A model generated the notes under the pieces. The model worked only from the letters and a program-made list of their open reading frames with translations. It ran no database searches and had not been told where the DNA came from. From assembly GCA_965263035.1 (NCBI GenBank), contig OZ253580.1, forward strand, positions 1,504,001-1,568,000: a stretch of DNA of 64,000 bases. Direction: 5' to 3'. A program made the position numbers and the translations under genes. This DNA is from Acidobacteriota bacterium (GTDB lineage Bacteria; Acidobacteriota; UBA6911; RPQK01; JAJDTT01). The number at the start of each line of letters is the position of its first letter. Position 1 is the stretch's first letter. Positions 1 to 11,084 of the stretch are shown here, piece by piece.

Positions 1-2080
1 CCAACTGGGCCAGATGGTCCTTGACCTCTCCCCTGGCGCCCTTGGTCAGCAGGGCCAGATGGTCCCGGGACTCCTCGGCCGCCAACTCCAGCAAGCGGCG
101 GTCCCGGACGATGTTGCCGAACTGGAACTGGGGAATCCCCGACTGCCGGGTCCCCACGAACTCCCCCGGGCCACGAATCTCCAGATCCTCCTCGGCGATC
201 CGGAAGCCGTCGGAAGTCCGGCACATGATATCCAAGCGGCGAAAGGCATTCTCGGATCGAGCGTCGCCGGTCATGAGGACACAGGTCCCCTGGTGGCTTC
301 CGCGTCCGATTCGGCCCCGCAACTGGTGGAGTTGGGAGAGGCCGAAACGGTCGGCATGCTCCACCACCATAACGGTCGCGTTGGGAACATCCAGACCGAC
401 CTCCACCACCGTCGTCGCAACCAGAATCTGTGTCGTTCCGTTGCGCAGAGCCTCCATCTGCGCATCTTTCTCCTCACTTTTGAGCCGGCCGTGGATCAAG
501 CCCACGCCATAGCCCGCGAATACTTCCCGGAGCTGTCCGGTCATCTCCTCGGCGGCGCGCAGTTCCAGCTTGTCCGATTCCTCGATCAACGGATACACCA
601 CATACGCTTGCCGATCCTGGGCCAGTTCCCGCTTCAGGAGATCGTATACCCGGTTGCGGTCCCGCTCCGAATAGAGGACTGTCTCGACCGGCAGGCGGCC
701 CGGAGGCAGCTCGTCCAGCACCGAGAGGTCCAGATCGCCATAGACCGTCAAGGCCAGGCTCCTGGGAATCGGCGTGGCCGTCATGATCAACACGTCGGGC
801 TGATCCCCCTTCCCCATGAGCCGGGACCTTTGCAGCACTCCGAAACGTTGTTGCTCGTCGATCACCGCCAGGCCCAGATCCCGAAACCGGACCGGGGCCT
901 CGATCAGGGCGTGCGTCCCGATGACCAGTTGGACACCGCCCGACTGGATCTGCTCCAGGATTTCCCGGCGCCGCTTGCCCCGGACCCGACCCGAGAGCAG
1001 CGCCAACCGGTAATCGGTGCTCCGCAGATAACGGGAAAGGGTTCGGAAGTGCTGCTCGGCCAGGATCTCCGTCGGCGCCATCAGAGCGGCCTGGAATCCG
1101 TTCTCCAGCACCACCAACATGGCCTGGAGGGCCACGATGGTCTTGCCCGAGCCCACGTCTCCATGGAGCAGCCGCCTCATGACGTTGTTGCTGCGCAGAT
1201 CGCCGACGATCTCGCCCACGACTCTCTTCTGGGCCGAGGTGGGATGGAAGGGAAGGATGCCCTTCACCACCTCGCGAATCCGACTGTTGATCTCGATCCG
1301 CCGGTTTTTGGGCAGGGACTCCCGGTCTCGGCGCACCACCTGGAGACCCAGGTGAAAAAGAAAGAATTCCTCGAAGACGAATCTGCGCTGGGCCGGCGTC
1401 GCGCTCGACTCCAGGTCCTCCAGGAAAGCCTCTCGCTTCCGGTCCTCCGGCGGGGAGGGAAAATGGAGTTCCCGCCACGCCCGGCGACGGTCCGGGAGGC
1501 CGTACTTCTCCAGCAACCGGTCCGGAATCGGGTCCGGAATGTCCGGCTGCAACTGGGACACTGCGCGATGGACGATGGTGCGCAGCAACCGGGTGGTCAG
1601 TTTCCCCACCCGCCGGTAGATGGGTACGATCCGTCCGGAATGGATCGCCGGTTCCGACGACGTGTCCATAAGCTCCCATTCCGGGTTCAGGAGCACCGGG
1701 CGGAGAGTGTAGTCGTCGCGGCGAACCTGCCCGTAGAGAATCAGCCGCTGACCGTTGCGGAGGACGCGCTGGAGGTAGGGCTGATTGAAGAACTTGACCG
1801 TCAAGGTTCCCGACCGGTCCTCCACCACCAGCTCGAAGATCCGGACCTTCTTCATTGGGGTGGAGTAGTTCCCGCAAACGGCGATCTCACCCTCCACCAG
1901 GGCGTCCTCTCCGACCCGAAGCTGGTTCATGAGCCGAAAGCTGGACCGGTCCTCATAGCGAAACGGCTTGTAGTTGAGGAGATCTTCCACGGTGCCGATC
2001 TTGGCTTTCTGCAGCATGGCGGCCCGAGCCGGCCCCACGCCCTTCACGTACTGCACCGGCACATCCAACTGCAGCGGCAT
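1..2080 (-). CDS. recG: ATP-dependent DNA helicase RecG (3' end runs off the window)
   Basis: Manual minus-strand translation from ATG 2080: MPLQLDVPVQYVKGVGPARA...YKPFRYEDR; near the window edge GFRIAEEDLEIRGPGEFVGTRQSG (RecG TRG motif). Absent from the ORF track because no stop lies inside the window. Confidence 0.95.
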   Translation of the reverse strand, partial: MPLQLDVPVQYVKGVGPARAAMLQKAKIGTVEDLLNYKPFRYEDRSSFRLMNQLRVGEDALVEGEIAVCGNYSTPMKKVRIFELVVEDRSGTLTVKFFNQPYLQRVLRNGQRLILYGQVRRDDYTLRPVLLNPEWELMDTSSEPAIHSGRIVPIYRRVGKLTTRLLRTIVHRAVSQLQPDIPDPIPDRLLEKYGLPDRRRAWRELHFPSPPEDRKREAFLEDLESSATPAQRRFVFEEFFLFHLGLQVVRRDRESLPKNRRIEINSRIREVVKGILPFHPTSAQKRVVGEIVGDLRSNNVMRRLLHGDVGSGKTIVALQAMLVVLENGFQAALMAPTEILAEQHFRTLSRYLRSTDYRLALLSGRVRGKRRREILEQIQSGGVQLVIGTHALIEAPVRFRDLGLAVIDEQQRFGVLQRSRLMGKGDQPDVLIMTATPIPRSLALTVYGDLDLSVLDELPPGRLPVETVLYSERDRNRVYDLLKRELAQDRQAYVVYPLIEESDKLELRAAEEMTGQLREVFAGYGVGLIHGRLKSEEKDAQMEALRNGTTQILVATTVVEVGLDVPNATVMVVEHADRFGLSQLHQLRGRIGRGSHQGTCVLMTGDARSENAFRRLDIMCRTSDGFRIAEEDLEIRGPGEFVGTRQSGIPQFQFGNIVRDRRLLELAAEESRDHLALLTKGARGEVKDHLAQL

Positions 2081-2172
2081 CCGGATCAATCTACCACTCC
2101 GGTACGGCAGGAGCGGCGGCTGGCCGGCGCAATCCAAACCGGAACCGGGGCAGGGTGGGAGCGGCGGCCCAA

Positions 2173-2331
2173 CAGCCCGTGGCAAAAGTCGTCACGGTAT
2201 TCGACCGTCCCTGCATCGTGCGCGGACTGCGTTGCTATCGGCTCACATACTCCCGGTATGCTCGCTCGTCGCGCCTTGTCCGGCGGGCGCAGGACCGGTC
2301 TCGGGGCTCGCGGGACTTTCACCACGGACTG
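2173..2331 (+). mobile_element. MITE-like palindromic repeat, copy 1
   Basis: Begins CAGCCCGTGGCAAAAGTC and ends GACTTTCACCACGGACTG (imperfect ~18-bp terminal inverted repeats); closely similar to copies at 12973, 36413, 38856 and 52258. Confidence 0.85.
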
Positions 2332-2370
2332 CTGGAGCGGGGACCTGCTTTGGCTGTTTTCGCCGCAGAC

Positions 2371-2379
2371 TGCTAAGAT
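2371..2379 (+). promoter_or_regulatory. Extended -10 promoter (TGcTAAGAT), probable leaderless transcript
   Basis: TGn-TAAGAT lies 6 nt upstream of GTG 2386; no Shine-Dalgarno sequence. Confidence 0.45.
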
Positions 2380-2385
2380 GCGAGT

Positions 2386-2946
2386 GTGAAGTCGGTGCTT
2401 GCGGCGGTGCTTTTCCTGCCTCTCCTGGCTTGTGGCAAGAGTCTCGAGAAGCAGATCGTGGACGGCTTGAGCAACCTGGATCAGGCTCGGCTCGGCAAGG
2501 GGCAGGTCCAGGTCGAGAAGGTGCGCCGGACCGGGAACCACGCCGTCGCCGAGGTGACCCTGAAGACCGCCGTCAAGCTCATTCGAATAGACCGGGCGTG
2601 GGTCATCGAAGAAATACGGCTGGGCGACCGGCGATGGGAGAAAGTGGAGACCATTCTGGCGGCGCTGGACGAGGAAAGGTCGCTCCGGACCCGCTCCGAC
2701 CTGCAGTTGATCGACTCTGCCATCGGCAGCTACCGCCGGGAGCGCGGGAAACTGCCTCCGGCCGAGAACTTCCGTGAGCTGATGGACCACTTGGCGCCGG
2801 AATACGTGCAGCCCACGACCGAGCTGGATGGATGGTTCAACCCCTACGTCTTTCGGACCCTTTCGGCCAAGGACTACGATCTCCGGTCGGCCGGACCCGA
2901 CGGGATTGCCCGAACCTCGGATGACGTGACGTTGGAGCAACCCTGA
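2386..2946 (+). CDS. Lipoprotein with C-terminal GspG/T2SSG-like domain
   Basis: Lipobox LLAC after a hydrophobic stretch; C-terminal DGWFNPY...YDLRSAGPDG..TSDDV resembles the GspG C-terminus. Confidence 0.7.
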   Translation: MKSVLAAVLFLPLLACGKSLEKQIVDGLSNLDQARLGKGQVQVEKVRRTGNHAVAEVTLKTAVKLIRIDRAWVIEEIRLGDRRWEKVETILAALDEERSLRTRSDLQLIDSAIGSYRRERGKLPPAENFRELMDHLAPEYVQPTTELDGWFNPYVFRTLSAKDYDLRSAGPDGIARTSDDVTLEQP

Positions 2947-3815
2947 TGCGGAGAGACACCAGTCTTCTGCTCGTGACCCTGGGACTCTGCCTGGTTCTGC
3001 TGGTGGGGTACTCCCTCTACCGGTCCCTGCCCGACCGGCTGCCCTGGATCCAGAGCTATGAACAGGCCCTCAAGGAAGCTCAGCTCGGAGACAAGCTCAT
3101 CCTGGCGTACCTCTATACGGATTGGTGCGGCTACTGCAAGAAGATGGAGGCCGAGACCTTCACCGACAAGACCGTGATCGACGAGATGTCCGATAGTTAC
3201 GTCTGGCTCAAGCTCAACGCCGAGACGGACGAGGAGGGACGCCGACTCCAGGAGAGGTTCAACATCACCGGCTACCCGGGTCTGCTCCTCCTGAACGGTG
3301 AGGGCCAGGAGATGGAACGGATTTCGGGTTTCGTGCCCGCGGGAGCCTTTCGGGAGCGTGTCACGACCGCGGCGGGCGGCCCGGATTCCTTCGTCAGCCT
3401 CCTCCGAACGGCAAGCCAGGAACCCGGTTCCGTCGATGTCCAATACCGCTTGGCGGAGAAATACATCGAGCGCGGGGAATTTTCCACGGCCATCGAACGG
3501 CTGCGCCGAGTCATCGAACTGGATCCTGACAACAGCTCGGGGAAGGCCGACTTGAGTTACTACTATCTGGCACTGAGCCTGGCCTCCCAGGGAAACGAGG
3601 AGATGGCGCTTCTGGAACTCGAGTCCCTGGTGTCGAGCTTCCCCCGGAGCGACTACATCGCCGACAGCGCCTTCCTGAGGGGCCAGATCTATTACCACTC
3701 CGGAAACCGGGCCCAAGCCGAAACGGTTCTTGCGGCCTACGTGCAGGACTTTCCGGAGCACGCCCACGTTTCCAAGGCCCGCGACATTCTGGCGGAGAGA
3801 GAAGAAGCGGAGTAG
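2946..3815 (+). CDS. Membrane-anchored thioredoxin-fold protein with TPR repeats
   Basis: N-terminal TM, WCGYC motif, GYP cis-Pro loop, C-terminal TPR helices. Confidence 0.85.
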   Translation: MRRDTSLLLVTLGLCLVLLVGYSLYRSLPDRLPWIQSYEQALKEAQLGDKLILAYLYTDWCGYCKKMEAETFTDKTVIDEMSDSYVWLKLNAETDEEGRRLQERFNITGYPGLLLLNGEGQEMERISGFVPAGAFRERVTTAAGGPDSFVSLLRTASQEPGSVDVQYRLAEKYIERGEFSTAIERLRRVIELDPDNSSGKADLSYYYLALSLASQGNEEMALLELESLVSSFPRSDYIADSAFLRGQIYYHSGNRAQAETVLAAYVQDFPEHAHVSKARDILAEREEAE

Positions 3816-3869
3816 GAAACCGGAAGGCGGCCACGGGACACCGATCGATGGGCGCGAGACGATCTCCCG

Positions 3870-4469
3870 CTACAGCAGGTGGCCCAGCTTCTCCTTCTTG
3901 GTCTTGAGGTACTCCTGCGACACCGGGGAGGGTTCCACGACCAGGGGAACTCGTTCCACCACCTGGAGCCCTTCGGCCTCCATGCCGCGAATCTTGTTGG
4001 GGTTGTTGGACATGAGACGAATCCGGGAGATCCCCAACCTGAGCAGCGCCAACGCGCAGAAACGGTAGGAGCGCAGGTCTGCCGCGAAACCCAGCCTTGC
4101 GTTGGCCTCCACCGTGTCGATTCCCTGATCCTGGAGCTGATACGCGTGAATCTTGTTCATCAGACCGATTCCCCGGCCTTCCTGAAGCTGATAGATGAGG
4201 ATGCCGCTGCCGGCCTCGGCAATTTTCTGAAGGGACCGTTCCAACTGTTCGCCGCAATCGCAGCGGAGTGAGTGGAAGATGTCGCCGGTCAGGCACTGGG
4301 AGTGGATCCGCACCAGGGGAGGCCTCTGGTCACTCAGAGGCCGGCGGACCAGCGCCACCAACTGCTCGTCGTCTTCTTCGCTCTCGAACCCGTAGATCCG
4401 GAACGGTCCGAAACGCGTGGGCAGCACCGCATTGGGCACCGTGTCGAGACTCGCCAAGACCTCTCTCAT
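3870..4469 (-). CDS. ribA: GTP cyclohydrolase II
   Basis: RIHSQCLTGD, CDCGEQL, QEGRGIGL and NNPNK motifs. Confidence 0.95.
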   Translation of the reverse strand: MREVLASLDTVPNAVLPTRFGPFRIYGFESEEDDEQLVALVRRPLSDQRPPLVRIHSQCLTGDIFHSLRCDCGEQLERSLQKIAEAGSGILIYQLQEGRGIGLMNKIHAYQLQDQGIDTVEANARLGFAADLRSYRFCALALLRLGISRIRLMSNNPNKIRGMEAEGLQVVERVPLVVEPSPVSQEYLKTKKEKLGHLL

Positions 4470-4484
4470 GGGCGCTGTATAGTA

Positions 4485-5081
4485 TCACTCTCCGGGGTGA
4501 GCGAGTGAACTCGCCGGCGTGGACCAGCGCTTCATTCCCTTGACGGCGATGTCGAAAACATCCAGGGCCCGCCCCAGACTGTGGTCCACCAGATCCTGGA
4601 GACTGTCGGGATGATGGTAGAAGGAGGGGATGGGCGGGGCGACGATCGCTCCCAACTCCGCCACTTCCACCAGCCGCCTGAGATGGCCCAGGTGTAGAGG
4701 AGATTCGCGCACCAGCAGCACCAGCGGCCTCCTCTCCTTCAAGGTCACGTCCGCAGCCCGGGTCAAGAGGTCCTTGGTAATGGAGTTGGCAAGGCAGGAA
4801 ACCGTATGGATCGAGCAGGGAGCGACGATCATTCCCCGGGTCTTGAAGGACCCGCTGGAAATCGCCGCCGCCATGTCGCCCGGTTCATGGACGACGTCGG
4901 CCAGATTCCGCACCTGGTCCAGGTCGTAGCCGGTTTCCAGCTCGATGGTCCTGGGCACGGTCCGTGTGTAGACCAGATGAGTCTCCACCCCAGGGACAGC
5001 GCGCAGAAGTTCCAGCAACCGGATCCCGTAGATGGGCGCCGAAGCGCCCGACAACCCAACCACCAGTGGACGAGAACTCAT
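4485..5081 (-). CDS. ubiX: Flavin prenyltransferase UbiX/Pad1
   Basis: GLSGASA, ISSGSF, APCS, RAADVTLKERR, RESP and PSFY motifs. Confidence 0.93.
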   Translation of the reverse strand: MSSRPLVVGLSGASAPIYGIRLLELLRAVPGVETHLVYTRTVPRTIELETGYDLDQVRNLADVVHEPGDMAAAISSGSFKTRGMIVAPCSIHTVSCLANSITKDLLTRAADVTLKERRPLVLLVRESPLHLGHLRRLVEVAELGAIVAPPIPSFYHHPDSLQDLVDHSLGRALDVFDIAVKGMKRWSTPASSLAHPGE

Positions 5082-5156
5082 GCATCCGCCTCTTCGGTGC
5101 GGGGAGTCATTGGGAGGCGTTCAACGCCGGCTCCCCGCCGTTCCAACTGCAACAGC

Positions 5157-6206
5157 TCAGCTCACGCGCCCGATTCCGGGGAGGTATTCGAGCCCCTGGG
5201 GAGCCCGCCACTCGTCGACTATGGAGGCTTGGTGGACACACGACACGGTGCAGTAGGCAGCGCAGCTCTTCTGGGTTCGATGCTCTCGCCGGATATCCGC
5301 CAGAGTGTATTCCGCCAGTGGAATCCCCGGGTACCCGCGCTGCTGGGAACAGTAGTGCACCAGTCCGTCTTCACAGACGTACAGATACCTGGACCCGGCC
5401 CGACAGCGCCATTTGTTGGGGCGTCCGGCCGCTAGATTCTCCTGAAACACGCGGTTGAGCCGCGAGTAGCCCCGCTTTGCCATTCTCTTGACCTGATGGA
5501 AGATGCGAACTTCATCCGCGCTGAGGGGCTTGAGCCCGCCGCGTCCGTCATGGATGACGCCGACGGTGCATGTGAACCCCAGTTCCACGGCTCGCCGCGC
5601 GATGATCAGGGCATCTTCGGGATGATTCACACCGGAACCCAGGACCGTATTGATGTTGACCTGGAACTCGGCCAGTTCCGACAGGTAAAGGAGCTTCTTG
5701 TCCAGCACCTTCAGACTCTTCATGGAGTTCCCGTCGGGCTTCACGTTGTCGATGCTGATCTGCAGATGCTCCAACCCGGCGCGATTCAGGGACCGGATCC
5801 TCTTGCGCGCCAGGAGGTAGCCGTTGGTGATGAGACCGGCGATCATGTTGCGGTCCCGAATCCGGCTGATGACGGCCTCCAACTCCCGATGCATCAAAGG
5901 CTCTCCGCCGCTGATGGTGACGATGGAGGTTCCCAGCCGGGCCAGGTGATCGATTCGTTCCTGCATCACGCCGGTGGGGATGGGAGGCGAGAAGTCGTCG
6001 TACTCGTTGCAGTACGAACACGAGAGATTGCAGCGCCGCATGGGAATGATGTGGGCCAAAATCGGGTGACGCTGGGAGAGCAGGGCTCGGCCCACCATCT
6101 TCAACTCACGCACGCGGATCCTGTAGGCTTGGAGTCTGCGCATGGGCCTCTGGCGGGCGCTGCCGGAACGGATGCGGATCATAGCAGTCTGGTCAGGGTC
6201 CGTCAA
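5157..6206 (-). CDS. Radical SAM protein with twitch/SPASM-like C-terminal cysteines
   Basis: [18 protein letters not shown]-terminal CRAG...YCS...CAAYCTVSC. Start uncertain (TTG 6206 overlaps the SPFH stop; internal ATGs are possible). Confidence 0.85.
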   Translation of the reverse strand: MTDPDQTAMIRIRSGSARQRPMRRLQAYRIRVRELKMVGRALLSQRHPILAHIIPMRRCNLSCSYCNEYDDFSPPIPTGVMQERIDHLARLGTSIVTISGGEPLMHRELEAVISRIRDRNMIAGLITNGYLLARKRIRSLNRAGLEHLQISIDNVKPDGNSMKSLKVLDKKLLYLSELAEFQVNINTVLGSGVNHPEDALIIARRAVELGFTCTVGVIHDGRGGLKPLSADEVRIFHQVKRMAKRGYSRLNRVFQENLAAGRPNKWRCRAGSRYLYVCEDGLVHYCSQQRGYPGIPLAEYTLADIRREHRTQKSCAAYCTVSCVHQASIVDEWRAPQGLEYLPGIGRVS

Positions 6207-7156
6207 CGGCCGGGTGTGCCGGACCCGTCATCCTTCTGAGACTGTCCAATCACCGTCATCGCCGAGGCGATCATGCCGGCCATGTCGGACAGGTTGGAGG
6301 GGATGATCAGGGAATTGTTGGTCCGGGCCAAGTTGCCGAACTCCTTGATGTACTGTTCAGCGACTCGCAGGTTGACCGCATCCTGACCGCCTTTTTCATT
6401 GATGGCGGAGGCGATTTCCCGGATCCCCTTGGCCGTGGCCTCGGCCACCTTCTCGATTTCGGATGCTCGCCCCACCGCTTCGTTGATCCGGCGCTGTTTC
6501 TCCCCTTCCGAGCGTTTGATCAGCTCCTGCTTGGCCCCCTCGGCGACGTTGATCTTCGCTTGTTTTTCACCCTCGGACTGCGCCACTACGGCCCGCTTCT
6601 CGCGCTCGGCCCGCATCTGCTTTTCCATGGCGTCCTTGATGCTCTGCGGCGGGAGGATGTTCTTGACCTCGTAGCGGGTCACCTTCACGCCCCAGGGATC
6701 GGAGGCTATGTCGACCGCATTGACGATCGCCGAGTTGATGGTCTCCCGTTCCTCGAAGGTACGATCCAGCTCCAGCCGGCCGATGACGCTTCTCATGGTG
6801 GTCTGGGCCAGCTGCGTGGACGCGAACTGGTAGTTGTTGATCCCGTAGGAGGCTTTCCCGGGGTCGATCACCTGCAAATAGAGAATGCCGTCCACTTCCA
6901 CCGAGATGTTGTCTTGCGTGATGCAGGTCTGAGGCGGGACGTCCACCGCCTGCTCCTTGAGCGTTTGCCTGTAGGCGACCTTGTCCACGAACGGCGTCAG
7001 GACATGGAACCCGGCCACCAACGTCACCCGGTACTTGCCCAGACGCTCCACGATGAAAGCGGATCTCTGGGGAACGATTCGAATGGTCTTGAAGAACGCG
7101 ATCAGCGCCAACAAGGTCAGGCCGATCAGAACAACGGTGCTAAAGTCCATGGTCAC
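6203..7156 (-). CDS. SPFH/band 7 (slipin, QmcA-like) protein
   Basis: N-terminal [43 protein letters not shown]. Confidence 0.93.
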   Translation of the reverse strand: MTMDFSTVVLIGLTLLALIAFFKTIRIVPQRSAFIVERLGKYRVTLVAGFHVLTPFVDKVAYRQTLKEQAVDVPPQTCITQDNISVEVDGILYLQVIDPGKASYGINNYQFASTQLAQTTMRSVIGRLELDRTFEERETINSAIVNAVDIASDPWGVKVTRYEVKNILPPQSIKDAMEKQMRAEREKRAVVAQSEGEKQAKINVAEGAKQELIKRSEGEKQRRINEAVGRASEIEKVAEATAKGIREIASAINEKGGQDAVNLRVAEQYIKEFGNLARTNNSLIIPSNLSDMAGMIASAMTVIGQSQKDDGSGTPGR

Positions 7157-7183
7157 CTCCCGGCAGACCTGATGCCTGCAAAG

Positions 7184-7636
7184 TCAGATTTTCTTTACGA
7201 TTAACGTCAGATTCCTTTTATTCACGATTTCGACCGCCGCGCCTTCGGGAATCCTCTCACCGGCCTCGGCCTCCCAGGTGGTGCCCCGGAAATCGACGCG
7301 GCCGGCCCGGTCGGACCGTATCTCACGGGCCACCAGCGCGCGCCTGCCCACGAACTCGTCGGACTCGCCGCCGACGGCCGTCGGCTGACGGCGGTTGATC
7401 CTCCCCTTGATCCTGCTTCGGAAGGCCAGGAGCAGTATGACGGACGAGACGACGAACACCCCCAACTGCAGATTCAGGGAGACGTCCACCAGCGTGCAGA
7501 GGAGGGCCACCGACCAGGCGCCCAGAGCGAAGAAGATGAGGACCACTCCAGGACCGGCGAACTCCAGGAGCAGCAGGACGACCCCCAATCCGAACCAGAG
7601 GAGTTGGGGTCTGAGCCATTCCTGAAGAAAATCCAT
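7184..7636 (-). CDS. NfeD family (short form) membrane protein
   Basis: Hydrophobic N-terminus plus OB-fold GRVDFRGTTWEA; directly upstream of the SPFH gene. Confidence 0.9.
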   Translation of the reverse strand: MDFLQEWLRPQLLWFGLGVVLLLLEFAGPGVVLIFFALGAWSVALLCTLVDVSLNLQLGVFVVSSVILLLAFRSRIKGRINRRQPTAVGGESDEFVGRRALVAREIRSDRAGRVDFRGTTWEAEAGERIPEGAAVEIVNKRNLTLIVKKI

Positions 7637-7722
7637 CTACCCGCCTCCGTTCCGTCCCCGTTCAACTCTACTAGCCTATGGCAAAAGGCATCATCGCATC
7701 CACCCGACAGGTAAGCGCCTCA

Positions 7723-7763
7723 CTTCTTCTTCTCTCTTTCCTCTCTCCTCTTTCCTCTCCCCC
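7723..7763. repeat. Polypyrimidine tract with degenerate 7-bp periodicity
   Basis: Minus strand reads GAGGAAA GAGGAGA GAGGAAA GAGAGAA; a similar tract lies at 45146. Confidence 0.5.
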
Positions 7764-7794
7764 TGTATCATGTGGACGCCCACATCGATTCTGC

Positions 7795-8793
<999 letters not shown>

Positions 8794-8794
8794 G

Positions 8795-9856
8795 ATGGAG
8801 TCCGGGACCGGCGCACCGACTCCTCGAGGACTCGGTTTCTTCATGCCTCCCGAGTGGCATCCCCACGAATCCACCTGGCTGGCCTGGCCCAAGAACCGGG
8901 AGACGTGGCCCGGACGCGTGGGGCGAATCCAGTCGCTCTTCCTGGAGATGATGCGGCTGCTGGCATCCGGCGAGAGAATCGATCTGCTGGTGGATCACCG
9001 GGAGCAGGAGGCGGACGTCCGGAGCCGATTGGACGCGGCCACCCGCCGCCGGGTCCGATTCCACCGGATCGCCACCGGGGACGCCTGGATCCGGGACTAT
9101 GGTCCCAACTTCGTGATTCGCGACGACGGCGCACGGGCCACCGGCTTCAACCACTGGCGCTTCAACGCCTGGGGAAGCCGATATCCGGAATTGGCCGTCG
9201 ACGGAGAGGTCCCGAACCGCATGGCCCCGTTCCTGGACATGCCCCGTTTCCGACCCGATCTGGTGTTGGAGGGCGGCGCCATCGACGTGGACGGGAGGGG
9301 CGCCATCCTGGCTTCCGAAACCTGTCTGCTCAACCCCAACCGGAACCCGGGACGGAGCCGGAAAGAGGTGGAAGACTATCTCCGGAACCATTTGGGCGCG
9401 TGCCGGACGATCTGGCTGGGAGACGGGCTGCCGGGTGACGACACGGACGGGCACCTGGACAATCTGGCGCGGTTCGTCCGCCCGGACACCATCGTCTGCG
9501 CGGTGGAAGAGGACACCCGTCATCCGTATCACCGGAAATCAGAGGACAACCGGCGGCGCCTGACCCTGGCCCGGCGGCCGGACGGACGCCGCTACCGGAT
9601 CCTCACCCTGCCGCTGCCCTCTCCTCTGGAGACTGGCCTCGGCGACCTCCCGGCTTCCTACCTGAACTTCTACATCGCCAACCGGTGGGTTCTCGTCCCC
9701 GCGTTCGGATGTCCCCAGGATGAAACAGCCCGGAAGACCTTGCAGGAATTGTTCCCACGACGCCGGGCCGTCAGCCTGAATTGCCGGGACCTGATCCGCG
9801 GACTGGGGGGCATCCACTGCGTCACGCTGCAACAACCCCGGGTCGTCAGGTGTTGA
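8795..9856 (+). CDS. aguA: Agmatine deiminase
   Basis: MPPEW, WIRDYGP, FNAWG, EGGAI, DTDGHLD, GGIHCVT. Confidence 0.92.
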   Translation: MESGTGAPTPRGLGFFMPPEWHPHESTWLAWPKNRETWPGRVGRIQSLFLEMMRLLASGERIDLLVDHREQEADVRSRLDAATRRRVRFHRIATGDAWIRDYGPNFVIRDDGARATGFNHWRFNAWGSRYPELAVDGEVPNRMAPFLDMPRFRPDLVLEGGAIDVDGRGAILASETCLLNPNRNPGRSRKEVEDYLRNHLGACRTIWLGDGLPGDDTDGHLDNLARFVRPDTIVCAVEEDTRHPYHRKSEDNRRRLTLARRPDGRRYRILTLPLPSPLETGLGDLPASYLNFYIANRWVLVPAFGCPQDETARKTLQELFPRRRAVSLNCRDLIRGLGGIHCVTLQQPRVVRC

Positions 9857-9924
9857 GGAAACGTTCGTCAGAAGCGGTGGTCACAATCCTGCGCGATCAA
9901 CACGCCCCCGGCGGGAAATGCGAG

Positions 9925-10374
9925 CTATCGGCTCACCTCCGTCCACGGATTCACCGTGATGACGCCGCTGTTGCGAAAATCCCGCTGGTTTCGGGTGACG
10001 ATGGACAAACCGTGGCGGATCGCCGTTCCCACCAGCATGGCGTCGGGAAGATGACTATCGAGCGGCTCGCCCCGCCGCCGTTTGGATTCCATGATACGAG
10101 CACAAGCCCGGGCATCGGCGGCCGTCCAATCGAACACCCGATCATGGAAAAGGCTGTCCAGAATGCCTTCAAACCGCCGGAAAAGATCCTCCCGACGCCC
10201 GCCAGGCTCGATCTGACCGATTCCATTGAGAATCTCCCAGACGGTGACGGACGCAAGACCCATCCCTTGACCGGCGATGCTGTCGAGAAATATTTCGACG
10301 CGCGGCTCCGGGTGCGGTCGCATCATTTCCGACACGATGTTCGTGTCGAGAATCCAGACAATGGATGCTTTCAC
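9925..10374 (-). CDS. vapC: PIN-domain toxin (VapC/FitB family)
   Basis: ILDTNIVSEMMR, DAMLVGTA, VTRNQRDF, NPW. Confidence 0.92.
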   Translation of the reverse strand: MKASIVWILDTNIVSEMMRPHPEPRVEIFLDSIAGQGMGLASVTVWEILNGIGQIEPGGRREDLFRRFEGILDSLFHDRVFDWTAADARACARIMESKRRRGEPLDSHLPDAMLVGTAIRHGLSIVTRNQRDFRNSGVITVNPWTEVSR

Positions 10375-10628
10375 GCTTCTTCCTCTTCGGCGAACACGAC
10401 CGGCCGGTATCCATAACGGTCCGGCGGCGGCAGATCGATTCCGTGCTCCGGCCCGAAAAACCGCTTGAATACCTCGGACGGCTTGGTGCGCCGTTCGGCC
10501 CTCTCCCGTTTTTCGCGGATGAGCCGGCGGACGAACTCTTCCATGGAGACGCCGGTATCCCGTGCTTCTCGTTTGAGCCAGGATTTGTCCCCGGGATCGA
10601 TACCACGGACGGTGATAACGGAACTCAT
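10371..10628 (-). CDS. FitA-like ribbon-helix-helix antitoxin
   Basis: ITVRGID...LKREARDTGVSMEEFVRRLI; 4-bp overlap with the PIN toxin. Confidence 0.85.
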   Translation of the reverse strand: MSSVITVRGIDPGDKSWLKREARDTGVSMEEFVRRLIREKRERAERRTKPSEVFKRFFGPEHGIDLPPPDRYGYRPVVFAEEEEA

Positions 10629-10678
10629 CGCGGTATTTCCCTCCGTATCGTGTTCTTGACTCCGTGAGCCAGACCCTA

Positions 10679-10699
10679 CGCTAGCACAAACTGCTGTCA
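10679..10699. promoter_or_regulatory. Putative TA operator half-sites
   Basis: CGCTAGCA and TGCTGTCA upstream of the antitoxin resemble FitA-type TGCTATCA boxes. Confidence 0.3.
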
Positions 10700-10766
10700 G
10701 AGCTGGGGCGAGTCTGGCCCTTGTTCGTACGAACGTCGAGACGGAGGTAACTGTGGAGAAAATGGG

Positions 10767-11060
10767 CTACTCGCCGCGGATTTTGCGGATCTCCCGCTCC
10801 CTCTGGCGATTCAGGCGGGCTTTGTCCCGGGAAAGCTGCTGGTTCAGTTCCTGGACCTTGTCCATGGCCCCCGTCTGGGCGGCCGCGAAAATCTGAGCCT
10901 GCTTGTGGATCTCGGCCTCGGCGATGCGAGCCTGATATTTGCTTCGGACCTGGGCGATGGCTTCCTTTTGCTCATCGTTCAGGCTGACGACCGAGTATTC
11001 CTCCTGAGCCTCCAGCTTCTCGAGAGCCAGTTCCCATGCAGACTTCAACTCGCCCGGCAT
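10767..11060 (-). CDS. Small coiled-coil hypothetical protein
   Basis: Starts MPGELKSAWELALEKL, SD GAAAGGA, charged helical sequence; downstream of ilvB. Confidence 0.75.
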   Translation of the reverse strand: MPGELKSAWELALEKLEAQEEYSVVSLNDEQKEAIAQVRSKYQARIAEAEIHKQAQIFAAAQTGAMDKVQELNQQLSRDKARLNRQREREIRKIRGE

Positions 11061-11084
11061 CGATAGATCCTTTCCAACTCGGCG

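Noticed and set aside
14-2389. 791-aa plus-strand ORF
   Set aside because: Antisense shadow of recG in high-GC DNA; no recognisable motifs.
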